A stretch of DNA of 64,000 nt from Octopus vulgaris. Its lineage: Eukaryota. The DNA is taken from NCBI GenBank assembly GCA_951406725.2, contig OX597831.1, positions 62,558,001 through 62,622,000 on the forward strand, written 5' to 3'. The position numbers and the translations under genes are program-made. Below the pieces are notes generated by a model. It was not told the origin of the DNA. It ran no database searches and worked only from the letters and a program-made list of their open reading frames with translations. Of the stretch, positions 41,840-55,931 are shown one piece after another; positions within the stretch are counted from its first letter, which is position 1, and each line of letters opens with the position of its first letter.

Positions 41840-42225
41840 ATACTTCCTTGATACCCGTTCCCTTATGCTATTCATATCTGCACTCGGTCTGCTTAGGAGG
41901 TTGTTGTGTCCTAGCATAGTGCTGCTTCTTTTAGTTTTCGTATTTTCCAGTGGTGTTCTCTGTCTATTATTTTAACTTCATTCCTCGGAGGAGATGGTCT
42001 CCATTTTTCCATACATGATCAGCTATACCCGATTTGTCAATATCTCTTCGTGTCACAGATTTTCGATGTTCCTCTACCCTTATTTTGAGGAGTTGGCTTG
42101 TCTCGCCTTTGTATAACCTACCACAACTGCATGGGATGGAGTACATGCAGCTTTTGGTCATATTCTCTTCTATTGGTTTTTTTACCCGAACGAGTTATTT
42201 GCGAATTGTTCTATTACTCTTGAAA
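41840..42225 (-). mobile_element. Penelope/Poseidon-like GIY-YIG endonuclease 3' fragment
   Basis: CMYSIPCSCGRLYKGETSQLLKIRVEEH...SGIADHVW, then after a frameshift EVKIIDREHHWKIRKLKEAA. Confidence 0.85.
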
Positions 42226-42894
42226 TAAACAATGTAAATAATTACGAGTGATGTTGAATATTCACTATTGCTAAAACTGCATTTCTGTATCCAATATTTT
42301 TTATGGCATAAGATTGGTTAAAATACTGTCTCATGAAAATAGGTGCTTTTTTAGTCTTTCACTTGATATTGAAAAGTAGATTATAAGAGACATACAAACT
42401 GTTCACAAAGATTTCGTTCATCTTCTCTATTTTCCTTTAGCTTACTTTGCCTTTTAATCCTTCATACTTGCAGCAAGAATTCCATTTATCTTATTAGGCT
42501 TTCTTCCCAATTTCATGGTTACCACGTCATTACTCAGAAAATAATTCTATTTTATTTTCCAAGTAGGAATTCACTTAATAACCATTCGATTTTTGTGCTA
42601 TAACAATATTCCTTGTCAATAAGTGGTCCTAATGGCGAGGTTTTCCACAACTCCTTGCTAGGAGACTAAGCCCTTAGCACTTAGGAGACTTCCTCAAGGG
42701 CATTTTCTGCAAATAAGTGAATGTAAGTTGTAAACTACCTGTATTATGATACGGAAATTGAAATATAAGTTGAGATATTAACTCTTGCTCGACTTGGTGA
42801 CAGTAGCCTTCAGGAACCAATGTAGAGATTGGAGGGTTGTATCTATAAATCGCTTCTTTGTTTTTGTGTTATACTTTGATTTATGTTAAGCCTC

Positions 42895-43490
42895 CATAAG
42901 ACGCTTGTAGTAGCTGCCATCAAAGAAGTCTTGAAATTTAATCTTCATATTCTATGGTTCCGATTCATTAAGGCATAAGGCCAGTTTTAGTTGTGAAATG
43001 GTTCGACATTCGATCTAAGTGTATCAAGTGTGTGTCTTGCGTGTCAGGAAAACTTTCTTATGGTTAGTAATATAGTTCATAAGCCATTGAAAATCACTGG
43101 TTTCTTCGAGATACCTTTTATTTGAAGTTTATGGTACTCATTTTGTTTTTTTTTAATTAGCAACGGATCTTCTTTGTCCGCAGCGTACGCCCGTGACATG
43201 AACATGTCATGTCCATAGCAGACTTGAGGAAATGAGAGGGGAAGCTCCTCAGCATTGGCGATGTCAGACAAATACAATCTTTGCAGACACCATGATATAT
43301 TTGGCGTGATATTTGGCCTGTGACCGAAAATTTACAAAAAAATACGCTCATTTCCTGAATGATTGCAGCTGATGGTGGAAGTAATCCAGTGGGAACATTT
43401 ATGTTTTGCACAAATCTTCATAGGCTTTTGCAAATGATTGCTATGGTATGCGCGTTCTTATGACGGATACCGTATTTCAACCAGATGTGT
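42895..43490 (-). pseudogene. Disrupted coding-like relic, possibly EnSpm/CACTA transposase
   Basis: Cys-containing segments (GVCKDC) followed by SQLKLAL...FQDFFDGSYYKRL, resembling the DxxDG..Y motif; weak. Confidence 0.3.
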
Positions 43491-45049
43491 AAAATTGATC
43501 TTCTATTAAATATCATGACAGAATCTAAAAATATAACAGGTGTCTCTTGCTTGTTCGTTCTTTAATACTCTGAGCTACTGGTAAGAGCAAAGACCCGTGG
43601 AAGCGTTTATCTGTCTTTACATTAGCTGTCTTGATTCCATCGTCGGTGGAATAAATATGAGCATAGATTTGTAGATTTGCAGATTTGTGCTGTTTTGCTA
43701 TCCCTCTCTTTCCCACACCTCTCATCTTCTCTCACTTCTTCTGTACTGTTCCTGAGACTCTTGTGTCACCAAAAACAAATTTGTAAATTTTAAAGATTAC
43801 AGGTTGCTAAAAGTGCAATTTCCCAGTTTTTCTGAGGTAGTTAAACCTGCAGTCAATGTACATGTTGCAATTACAGGGATAGTAAGCTTTCATTGTGTAT
43901 CCTTGCAAGAGAAGCATTATTGATATTACCTGCACCGGTCCAGCAAGCATATGAAGAACATACACGCTTATCCACGCGCAGCAAGTAAAGAATAAAAATT
44001 GCCTGGAATTATCAATGTTCAAGTAAAATTCAAACTCACTCCTTATTTCATTCCACGCAAAATTAATTTTGATTAAAACTTTGTGTCGCTTCGGAAGTGT
44101 GGATGTTGCATTTTATAATGCTAATGAAAACCTCAGGAAAATGAGGTTATAGCATGGAACTTAATCAGTAGTTCAGTAGTCTGACCACGTACATTTTATC
44201 ATGTAATGTGCTAATTACATGAGTTTAATACAATTTCAATGTTATATTTTCCTTTTATATATGTAATAATTTTAGTGGCTGTAGAATAACATTTGATAAA
44301 TTACTACTCTTTTAAATAATAAACACAGCAAATGTTCGAAGGTAAAATGTGAACGAGGTGTATATACAATTAGAAAATATTTTGCTTCTTTCAGTTCTTG
44401 TGATTTGTCTTTTTAATGGTACTTATTTTATAGACTAGGGGAACTGGTCTCCTTCTATCTTCGCTGTAATTGATGTTGCTGTGGTGTTTGCGTTCTGATA
44501 TTTTATTGAAATTATCCTTAAATGTTTTCAAACGTCTGACACGTACACTCACTTGACACAGCTATTATTTCACATTGACGTTGTTTGCTTCAAGCTACCA
44601 TTTACAAAATGTAGTCTGTTGTACAATGGTTGTGATTGATTAGTAGATTTCTCATTTATTACTAGTTGGTGTTCGTTTGTTGTTTACTTCATTATTTTTA
44701 TCATACACCTACTACTTTTTGGTACCACAGTTTTACACACTACCTGTAAAAACATATGCAAAGGGCATTATACATTTAATCATACGTTATACCATTAAGG
44801 AGGTGCATTCCAGAATTGTTGAGACTTACTGTCTTATTTTATCATAATTTTAGTATATCATTACTACACATGTGCCAATTTTCTGCATCCCAAATTGAAA
44901 AACATAGCTGCAACAGCTATTTGCACATGCCCTACTATATGTAGCTTGTCACTGCTGACTAGCTTGTAGAATATACTCGTAACACGAAGTCAATTTCGAA
45001 GTTTGCAATGCAATTAAGGTTTGTGTTAAACTGCGCAAAATCACGGGGC

Positions 45050-45290
45050 CAATCAATAACTTGTGAAAAAATTTCATAGACAGAAACTCTCTGGAAACAC
45101 GTCGCGTGTGTGTGTTTGTCTATGTGTGTGTGCGTATGTGACTTCTTTTACCTGGTGCTATTTTAGTAAGCCTCTGTAATCTACTGGTTCAGCAAGAGAG
45201 ACCGATGAAATAAGTACCAGACCTGAAAAATAAAAGTAGTGGTCTCGATACCCTAGCATCGCCGCACTTCAATAAATGCAATAAGTAAAA
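45050..45290 (+). mobile_element. Degraded SINE-A-like 3' part
   Basis: ggttcagcaagagagaccgatgaaataagtacc and cagcat-like/taagtaaaa tail remnants. Confidence 0.5.
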
Positions 45291-45435
45291 TATAGAAAAA
45301 AGAAACGAAAAATGTCTGATGGTAGTAAATTAATAGTAGTTGCTTTTTAAAGCTATCACAATCTCGACCCTACTTGAAATATTTAAGTTGTGTTTAATAT
45401 CGGTTTATTTTGCGGCGCTGTGATAATACTGATGT

Positions 45436-45610
45436 AAGGCAGCGAGTTGGCAGAATCGATGAAAGTGCTTAGAGGAGTTTTCTTATAGTTTACCATCAAA
45501 TTTCAAATACTTCTGAGTTCGGCGTTACCGTTCGTTTTTCGTTGCCGATAAAATAAGGAAGAGCCGAGCACTTGGATCGATATAATCAACTTTTCTATCC
45601 TCTTCCCACA
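45436..45610 (+). mobile_element. Degraded SINE-B copy
   Basis: aaggcagcgagttggcagaatcg head and ggatcgatataatcaactt remnant. Confidence 0.5.
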
Positions 45611-45745
45611 GGATGACTGCATGGGTGTACGCCAAGATTTCGAGCAATTATCACTATTGGTAGAGCGTGTGTATATGTGTGTGAGGCAGGGAGCGAGAGA
45701 GAGGCAACATTTTATAAACACGCTTTTTTGTCTATAACACACATA

Positions 45746-45832
<87 letters not shown>

Positions 45833-46553
45833 TCGTTGTTTTTTATATATCTCTCTAAGTATGTAGCTTATATCTGCTGATAAATTTATTGAAGTTCAAC
45901 ATAAAATATATCTTCGTATTGTTTCTATTACCGAAAATTTACTTGTAATTAAACAACTGATGCAATTAAATTGAAATTTTTTTCATTGCATTATAATTCA
46001 TTCTACTCATTAATATAGATTGTTCATTATTGTTTTTTTCTGGCAGTTCTATACTGCGTACTATCGGCAATTGACCCTTTCACATATTTTTGTATCAGTT
46101 TTTACTTTTGCTTTTAAACCGTTCATTTACTATTAATTTACTGTAACCAATAATTACAATTAAAATAAACTACATAACAATTTATTGTAATTTCTTCTCA
46201 TTAGTTTTAATGTGTTCACATCGTACGATACCATGTGAATTATTTCTCTTCAAATGTATTAAGTGCTAAAATTTTAAATTTGTAATACAACATTTTCTCT
46301 GTATTTTGTTAGTGCTTTCCTAATTTGAATAGTGTTTTCAAAAGCTATGGCCAATCCTCTATCTGGGTGTTCCTTTGAATTAATATTATCAGTTGTTTTT
46401 AGTAACAGTCTTCACTATCCCAATTATATTTTCATATATCGATTTTTCACATGAAAGCTGCGGATTTTCAATAGAATAACCCAGGAAATAAGTATGTTGT
46501 TTTGTAAATGATTTGGGGATTTCTTACACATACACCCACAACCACAGATATAT

Positions 46554-46593
<40 letters not shown>

Positions 46594-46625
46594 AGAGAGA
46601 GAGAGACGTGTGTGCATGTTATATG

Positions 46626-46687
<62 letters not shown>

Positions 46688-47539
46688 TCTCTCTCTTTCT
46701 CTCTCTCTCTATATATATATATTATACAAATAATATATAGATATATGCATATATGCATACATATATGCATACATATATGTACATACCAACATATATATGT
46801 ATACATACATGCATATATGAGTACAGGACATCAAAAAAACGTAGACAGAATGAGAAATGAGTCATGTAACACAAGAACAGAGAGAGTGAGAGAATATTTG
46901 CCTGTTCAATAATGGTCTAAATGCATTTACAACCACAAAACCTGTCTCCAGAAGTTGAATCTGGGAGAGATTACCTGTTCTATTACGTTTCTCTGGCCTT
47001 TTTGTTTCCTTTTTCATACTAGTTACTGAAACTACTTAACCTAAAACCAGGGAAAAAGATCTACTCCAACTGCTTTGGCTTCTTCGTACACAAGCATACT
47101 AAACTACAGCAAAAAGAAATTCTTCGAGGTGAGAAAAAGCCTATAATTAATCCATTCCTTCATCTATCACTTCGCCCATATGTCGTTTTCCATTCTCCTC
47201 CACTCCCCCCCCTATCTCTCTCTCTCTCTATTCTTGTGTTACATGAAAGGAATCATCTCTCAGATAATTATATGGAACCATTTCATTTGTTGACTCTATA
47301 CCTTCCACTTCTCTCTCCACAACCATCTTGTATCATATTTACCCTTTTATTTAATAATTCTTTCACCTAATGATTGCCTAAATGGTAAAATTCTAAAATC
47401 CACACACTCCCCTGCAACACTCTTTTACCCGTAACGTTGATAATTAGAGATTTATTGACTGAGTATCAAAAGCATTCCGTTCTTCGATTGGAATGTTAGA
47501 CGATGGCCACCGTCGCACCAAAACGACTCTTCTATGATA

Positions 47540-47737
47540 ATTCAAAACTTCCATGCTTCCTGAGATTCGCCAACACTACACCTGATTTTCTCCCCTCTAT
47601 ACACACGCAGGCATGTATCTGACTCATACACTGTTCGCTTTCCAGACATTTGTACATTACTGCATATAATTTATACGCACATTTTGACAAGTCGTGGTGC
47701 ACCTGAGCACTGTATACAATACTTTCATTATTATTAT
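47540..47737 (+). mobile_element. Probable LINE (CR1-like) 3' UTR fragment
   Basis: Short terminal peptide FKTSMLPEIRQHYT*, then a UTR-like stretch ending gtgcacctgagcac and an (ATT)n tail. Confidence 0.4.
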
Positions 47738-48528
47738 TTTTTTTATTCTGTTCATGATAGTCTATATATTTGCAAATTCAGGGGGTTTATATAAACCGAT
47801 CATTGTCTTATATATGAATTGGTAAATTTATTAAAAAAATTATTCTTTATATGTATGTGTACGACTGCCAGATAAAGTGGCATTAACAGACGCTACAACT
47901 TTGTGTGTGTGTGTGAGGGGGAAGGGACATGTGTGTGCCAGTGTGCATGCGTGCGTGCAGAAGTCTGTGTGTCATACTTATTTTGTGTGGATACTTTTAA
48001 CAACTTGCTTTAATATTCATTCTAGACTATTCTTGGGGAAATGATGACCAATTAGTGAATTGGAATCTTAATTACATAGTTAAAATCACTTTAAAATTAT
48101 GCATCAAATTAAGCACTTTCAAGTTTTTAATTTGCAGCCTAATTCTTATTTGACTCTTTAATTTACTTTAAGTTTATTTACATTGGTTTTATTTTCTGAC
48201 ATTATATTTTATAATTATAGTAATTCAGTTTTCTCTTCAGCATTGCTTTGTTTTCTGTTATCATTACTTGTGAAAGTAAAGAAGCCCGAAAAGCAGTAGA
48301 AGATATACAATACAGTCAGTTTATAATTCTGAATAAACCTCGATCATCTAATCAAAGAGAGATAAAACATAATCCCATACGGAGACCTGCAATCTAAAAA
48401 TGAGCAAAGCAAGATAAAAATGTTGCTGTAATGTGCACAAAGCACTTTGGAGTGGATCTTGTCTTTGAAATCTCCGTAGCATTTTTCTTTTGTCGTTTTA
48501 TTCATACTCCTCTGAGTATTCCTTGTAG

Positions 48529-48570
<42 letters not shown>

Positions 48571-48618
48571 GATATGTGTATATATATATGTATATATATA
48601 TATATGATATATATATAC

Positions 48619-48678
<60 letters not shown>

Positions 48679-49858
48679 TACACTCTTATGTTTCACTGAA
48701 ATCCAAGTTCACTTCTCAAAACCATCGGAATCTATGTGACAATGAAATGCTTTCAAAACCTAAGCTTCGTTGGGAAGGATACTCGATAGTAGAGCACTGA
48801 GGCATTACTAGACGCCTGCGCATGTGCGCTCTCTATTATCGATGCCCTTATATAGATGGTGTATTAGTGTTTGAAAAACAAGAAAAAATGCATGTCGGTT
48901 ACAAACAAACTGTCGTTGAAGCGTGGTTGCGACTTGTTAAATTGTCTAAGACTAAGTGCATAATTTTTGATCAGCTGAAGCAGGCAACATGATATATAAT
49001 CCTATGGGGAATTAGAAGCCCTAGGAATGCAAAGTTTGTTATCACCTGTGCCTTTTAAACGGCGTTAGATTTGTCATGCGTGAAGTAATGTTATTCATCA
49101 AACTGAAAGTAATATGACAGAAGATTTTATTCAGTATGATCTGTATGGCATAATATGTTATTCTGAGGGCTTGTTAAAACGTCAACTCAGAAGTCACAAT
49201 TAACAAGTTAAGTTAAACTGTCAATCTCCAGTAAGAGTTGGTCCTGGGGGATACGCGCATGGAGGCACACAAACATACACATACAAACACACAGGCACAA
49301 ACACACACAAATACACACGTGCTGGCACACACAAACATACATACAATAATATGATTCGGAGACATCTCACATAGATATCCGGTATCTGTATCAGATTACT
49401 AGGGTTTTTAATGATGTGAAACAGTGAAGATAAAAAACACAGAGGAGAGAAACATTTCACCATGTAAAATCAGAAAAAGTGAAGTGAACGAATATATGAT
49501 TAAATAAGAAGTTTGGAACATATCTGTCATCTATTGCATGATAACATTCTCTTCTGAATAAGTAACATCATCAAAGAAAAAAAATTGGTACTGAAGATTA
49601 CTTTAAAAAAATTTCAATACAATAATAAGCTTTTCTCGCATGTCTTGTAGTGACAGAAGAGAAAAAAAGCAATATTTTTATTCAACAAAGTTGTATGTTT
49701 TTTGCCTAATCACACTTCTGTTTAAAGTTTGAGAGGAACAACACAATAATCCATTCTTCAATATAATATTGATGTATTTTAATCATCGAATATGCGAATT
49801 TGCAGTAAACAAAACTCGCAATGAGACATACAAATATACGTATATACATACAATCACA

Positions 49859-50020
49859 GGCGCAGGAGTGGCTGTGTGGTAAGTAGCTTGCTTACCAACC
49901 ACACGGTTCCGGGTTCAGTCCCACTGTGTGGCATCTTGGGAAAGTGTCTTCTACTATAGCCTCGGGCAGACCAAAGCCTTGTGAGTGGATTTGGTAGACG
50001 GAAACTGAAAGAAGCCTGCC

Positions 50021-50086
<66 letters not shown>

Positions 50087-50303
50087 TTGTGTCTGTGTTT
50101 GTCCCCCCAACAACGCTTGACAACCGTTGATGGTATATTTACGTCCCCGTTACTTAGCGGTTCGGCAAAATAGACCGATAGAATAAGTACTAGGCTTACA
50201 ATGTATAAATCCTGGGGTCGATTTGCTCGACTAAAAAAAACACAAGCGGTGCTCCAGCATGGCTGCAGTCATATGACTGAAACAAGTAAAAGAGTAATAA
50301 GAG

Positions 50304-50305
<2 letters not shown>
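49859..50305 (+). mobile_element. SINE-A full-length copy
   Basis: Colinear with 3366-3790. Confidence 0.9.
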
Positions 50306-50348
<43 letters not shown>

Positions 50349-50353
50349 TTTAC

Positions 50354-50403
<50 letters not shown>

Positions 50404-50419
50404 TCTGTTAAAATTCACT

Positions 50420-50460
<41 letters not shown>

Positions 50461-50461
<1 letters not shown>

Positions 50462-50498
50462 CGAAGGAGTGGCTGTGTGGTAAGTAGCTTTGCTAACC
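50461..50498 (+). mobile_element. SINE-A 5' head fragment (A box), interrupted by Tx1 insertion
   Basis: gcgaaggagtggctgtgtggtaagtagctttgctaacc matches the first ~38 nt of SINE-A. Confidence 0.85.
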
Positions 50499-50887
50499 TC
50501 ACTGACTGAAGAGTGACTTTGCCTACCGTACTACGGTTTGGACGCGTTTTCTTCCCGGTAAGAATTTTGCTGTGTTGTTAATTGTTGAATTTCTACTACT
50601 GAAAATTTGTCTTTAAACGTTGCTGAACTGTCTTGTTCTCCGGTTTTACCGGGGAATAATTGGATAATTTCTTACCGTTGAACTGTTAGCCATTGCGGCT
50701 TTTTATTTACGTGACTATACATAGTCCTGCCAGACTATTTTCGTGCCCCTCCCCCGAATAGGGGTGGGAATTGGAATTTTTGAACTGCTTTTTTTAACTA
50801 CTTTGGAAGAAAAAAATTCTATAAGTTTCCCAGCTTTGTTGGAAACCAACATTCGTAATTTTTGTGTTCTCTAATTTCAACAGAATA

Positions 50888-52289
50888 ATGTCTGTTGAAA
50901 TTATTCACGAAAGTAGTGCTCTTGAGGAGAGCAATGTTAAAAAATGTTCTGCGGTAGCCGCAGTGGCTACCGAGAACATTGACATCGATGTCAATCAGCT
51001 CGTCGAGCTATTTAAAAGAATGCAAGAGGAGGGTGGTGATGTTAAAATATCACCCTCCGCCAGTATCGTGGAGACTGAGAAGCGGACCGTAGTGTTTAAA
51101 ACTTTCTGTCCACAAAGCAGAAGTTTCAAACACTTTGAAAAAAGCACCATCGAGAAATGCCTGTCCCCGATTTGGAAGGACATCGTGTACGTCGCCAGGG
51201 GACGGGCATATGGCACTGTGGATGTCCGCTTCTCGGGGGAAGAAATGGCCCGCGGGCATTCTGTGAACCCCCTAAAAACCAAGGAGGTGGTACTTTTTCC
51301 AGGCTATAGGGGACGCAGGACGTCCCGGATCAGGATTGTAGAAGCCCCGCCGGAAGTAGATCCGGTAGAGGTAGTGGCCGCCCTGTTATATAAAAGGGCG
51401 GAAAAAATAAAAATACTACAAGTAACATGCTCTGCCCCTCGATTTTGGCTCGGGCGTAACATTAATATATTAATTCAAGGAGCAGCGGAAGACCTGCAGC
51501 TCCTTCCTGAGAGGGTGCTCGTGGGTGAGAACGTAGCCCTCAGGGTACAGGTCGAAGGCCGAAAACCCACCTGTTACGCCTGCGGCAAAAAGGGCCACAT
51601 TCGTGTAGACTGTCCAGACAAGCAAAAGAAACCGCAGACACCAGGCCCCTCAGATAATAAAAAAGTCCCTACCCTTGCAAACACACCTACCCCTACAAAA
51701 ACAAAAAATCCCACTCCTGCTGTTACGGTTCCAACCCCAAAACAGACTGAAGAAAAAACCCAGCCCTCGCACTCACAAACCCCTACACTATTAAAATCTC
51801 CCACCCCCTAAAAACTGCGGCGCCTACCGAACAAACTATTGCCACCCCAGACGATACCATGGAGGTATCAGAGGGGGATTTACACCAGTTCGTAAAAGAA
51901 TTCGTGCAGCATCCCCGTCCACATCCCCTACAAAAAATAATAAAAACAAAGACACACCACAGACACGGAAAAAGAAATCCCGCTCAACTGGCCCAGAAAA
52001 AGAAGACAAAAAAGAAAATGAGCTCATATTAATTGAATTCGACACACAAGACAAATACATAAACGATATTGTGGTTCAGCATCAGTCAGCAAGACTGTAC
52101 AACAAATACAAAGATCGAAATAGACACGCGTGGATTGCGGAAACAACGTTCAAACAATTAAAAGACAGACACCCAAACGCCATCCGGCATATCGCGAACT
52201 TGCCGGACTATCTGAAGAAAGAGGAGAAAGAAGGGGCCCACAAACGTGTGGTGAGGTCGGCCCCCACCTCTCCAACGAAATGTAAGTAG
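50888..52289 (+). CDS. Tx1 ORF1 gag-like protein (frameshifted near 51804-51880)
   Basis: ATG at 50888; CYACGKKGHIRVDC zinc knuckle; Pro/Thr/Lys-rich region continues in another frame to the stop at 52289, 17 nt before ORF2. Confidence 0.8.
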
Positions 52290-52306
52290 AACTTTTACTT
52301 GTTGTA

Positions 52307-55300
52307 ATGGCTTCGCTTAACCTTGGTTGTTTAAATGTGCGTGGTCTGAGTTCGAAGTGGAAGCAGGCTTGTTTCCTCGACGACCTCAGATCACATGATA
52401 TACATGTGATGGTTGCTACAGAGACCAAGCTGGACAGCCTACAAACCTTCTCGCCTCTCCTGAATGGCTACGAGAAAATCATGTCTCCTGGCCAGACCGG
52501 AGGGCGAGGGGGCGTAGTGGTACTGATCCGTAAAGACTTGGCTCTACAGACAAGTACAGTCTATGTAGACCCAGAAGGTGGGCTGGTCGTCCTTGATGTG
52601 ACATACAGCAGTAAGGCCTTCAGGTTGATCGGACTCTATGCACCTTGTGCTAGAGGTTTCCAGACTGATTTTTATCGGCGCCTAGAGGGCTTTCTCGTGA
52701 CGTCGAAGAGTTTAGTAATATTAGGGGACTTTAATGCTATCGTTGACGTACACATCGATAGCGTTGGCTCGATCTATAGGAACGTGAACTCACGTCTCGT
52801 GGATCTGCTTAAGCGGTTTCAGCTGGCAGTTCGTTACAGACTTGACCATCCGAACGTCCCAGATTGGACCTGGATGAGTGGCGACGGAAGGTTCAAGTCT
52901 TATCTAGACAGGATAGTGATAAGAACTAGAGATAAGTCTAGTTTTAGTTGTCCACAGCTCGTCCAGGTGCCCTATACTGACCATAGAATGGTCGCGTGTA
53001 GACTGAACATAGATAGCACACTTAAGATAGGAACCGGCTACTGGAAGCTGAACAAGTCTATTTTGACACGCGAGGCATACCGTAGCCGGATTAAGGTGTT
53101 AGTGCAGAGGGCGTTAACCGGAGCCGTGGTTAATAACCGGTGGTGGTTCACCCTCAAAAGAGCCATTCGATTCGAGTCCATTAGATTTAGTAAACAACTA
53201 AGACTAGATAGGGCTAGAATAGAAGGGCAACTAGTTAAGAACTTAGAGGAGGCGTTGAGGTTGGGCTCTGCATCTCACATTTTAGCGGCGAGAACGGCAT
53301 TAGACCGTCACCTCAAAACCAAACATGAGGGATGTAGAGTCCGGGCTAAAGTACGAGCATTGGGCCGTGAGGGAATTAATGTTGCCGGATGGGCCCGTAC
53401 GATAGAAACACAGCGTGGAAACGATGCCACAATTGGGTCTCTTGTTGATGAAAACGGATGCACGATCAAGAAGTTGGACGAGATGTGTGAGGCACTTCAC
53501 AAGCACTTCGCCGAGTTGTTCGGGAGGTGCGGGACGCTGGATCATGGTGAGGCCCTTAGGGACTTCCTGTCTGGTGGCCCGCGCCTCTCGACACGAGAGG
53601 CTGAGTGCTGTGAAGGGCCAATCACAGCCGAGGAAGTAATCGAGGTGTTGGGCAAGTGCCCCGGGGAGAAGTCGCCGGGTCTCGATGGTCTGCCCTATGA
53701 ATTTTATAGAAGTATGCCAGACTTGTTCGGGCACCTGCTGGCTAGCGTCTACGCCAACTGGCAGCAGAATGGGAGAATTTCCAAGTCTGCGAGCCGGGGG
53801 GCGGTGACGTTGATCAGGAAGGACCCGAACAAGGGGGACGAGATAGGGAACTTCAGGCCCATAACTCTGTTAAACACAGAGTTAAAGATTCTGGCCAAGG
53901 TGCTAGCAAAAAGGTTGGCGCGGGTCGTGGACAAACTTGTTGGGGAAGCGCAAACGTGCGCTATCCCCGGCAGAACGATCGACGACAATCTCCACCTTAT
54001 ACGCTACTCCTTAGAGAGGGTGGGGAAGCTTTCTGGCGCAGGGGGAGCACTGGTACATTTAGACCAGTCCAAAGCATTTGATAGGGTCGACCATCGGTAC
54101 CTGGCGGCGGTCCTCGGAGAGGCTGGCCTAGGCCCGACCTTTCGAGGTTGGATCGCTGCTCTGTATAGCGACATCGAGTCTGTAGTCAAGGTGAACGGTT
54201 CCTTTTCGAAGCCGTTCAGGATCGAGCGTTCAGTTCGTCAAGGGTGTCCCCTGTCCTCGCTCCTATACTTATTGGCTCTTGAGCCTTTGCTGCGGAAGTT
54301 GGAGGCACTAGGGGGCGCGCCGCATGATCTATGGTGTGGAAGAGGAGCTACGGCGTATGCGGATGATACCTCCATCATCGTGGCAGACGAAGGCCAGCTT
54401 CCAGTGGTGGAAGAGGCCATCAAAAGCTACGAGGCGGTGGCAGGAGCAAAGGTTAACAAGGACAAGTCGGTCGGTTTGCAACTCGGCACCTGGAGGTGCA
54501 AGCCGATGCCGTCCAATAACGTCGTAGGGCGTTGGACGGAAGGTCCTGTTAAGCTGCTCGGAGTCTGGTTCGGGCCAGACCTCCAGATTGAGAAAAATTG
54601 GAGTGAGGTGGCCAACAAGGTGACCGCTCTAACCCAGACCTGGTCTGGGCGGGCGTTATCCCTGCTAGGGAAGGCGGAGGTGGTGCAGATGTTTATAGCA
54701 TCAGTAATCACCTACCGTCTGACCGTGGTGCCTTGCCCCGATTTGTGGCTGAACAAGTTGGAGAGAATCCTTTTCCGATTTTTGTGGAAAGGAGGAAAGC
54801 CACTTGTAAAGCGCTCTGTCTGCTGCCAGAAACCGCTAAAGGGTGGGCTAGGAATGCCTTGGCTGAGGACGCGAAAACTCGCGTTAAGGTTGAGGCACCT
54901 CTGGCTTTACCTGGATGGAGAGCAGGTGTGGTCACCGCACGTCCGGTTCTACCTTCCCCAGTTAACATCCCTAACGGACATCGGTGCATGGATCAAGCGG
55001 AGACCTAAACTGAGTGAATGGCATTTGGAGTGCCGTCAGGCGCTCCAGCTACTATCTCGGGTGGGCAACGCCGGCAACAGGAGTTCCACCACGGATTTCT
55101 ATAGCGGGTTAGTGGAGATTAAGTCCGAAGACGCCTTGGGGGAGACCCTGGGGCTACGATGAAAATCAGTTGGTCAACCTGTTCCGGAGGACGTTCGGGC
55201 CGGGGTATCTGCATAATTACCAGAAATCCCTGGCCTGGCAGTGTTTCCGTGCGGCTTTACCTGCTCGCGACAAGCTGTCAAGGCACGGTAGTGCCGTCTC

Positions 55301-55703
55301 GCCGACATGCCCGCGATGTGAGCAGGATAGGGAGACCGTCTCGCACGCATTTGTGGAGTGTCCGGAGTTATCGGGACTGATAGCTTTTGTTGAACAACTG
55401 TTGTCAGTGATGGGAAGAGTACAGCTTTCAGCTGAGTCTATCATCGAGATTGTGCCGCCCCCTTTCCTTAACAGGGAAAGAAAGGCTTGTTTTTTCTGTG
55501 TAGTAGCCATACTGAAAGAAACAGTATGGAAGACGCGTACGAAAGGTATAGTGACAGGCACCTTTGTCTCTGTTACCACCTTTGTCTTTAGTTACCACCT
55601 CAGTAGCAAAATCAGGCTGGAGAAGAGGTGTCTGTCACGAGATATGTTTGTGAAAAGATGGAAGCATGTGGCATACAAGATGGGTATGTTTGGCACCAGA
55701 TAA
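52307..55703 (+). CDS. Tx1 ORF2: AP endonuclease, reverse transcriptase, C-terminal zinc finger (one +1 frameshift near 55150)
   Basis: LNVRG, ETK, GDFN, LDR, TDH (APE); KSPGLDGLP, NFRPITLLN, LDQSKAFD, VRQGCPLS, YADD (RT); KGGLG; CPRCEQDRETVSHAFVEC. Confidence 0.92.
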
Positions 55704-55931
55704 GTGTGACCGGATCAGAAAGTAAAGGTTCTACCCGGATGGCTGGGTGTCCGTCCTTCGACATGATCATTAATATTTTTAAACATTGCCTTCGTAAAAT
55801 TCATTGTTTATAATCTTACCCGTAATTTCATTCGAAAATTGTAACTGTGTTAAGCTACTTCACCCTTTATATTTGTCTGTCCTTGTTTGTCCCCTCTTTG
55901 TAAATGCCTAAATGGCAAATTATATGAAATA

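Noticed and set aside
50499-50520. CTGAAGAG at the Tx1 5' end as a possible hammerhead
   Set aside because: It sits in a small tcact/agtga hairpin with no downstream GAAA-stem III-UH; no ribozyme fold is evident.
53300-55579. Overlapping antisense and alternate-frame ORFs within Tx1 ORF2
   Set aside because: Expected shadow ORFs of a GC-rich coding region; no recognisable motifs.
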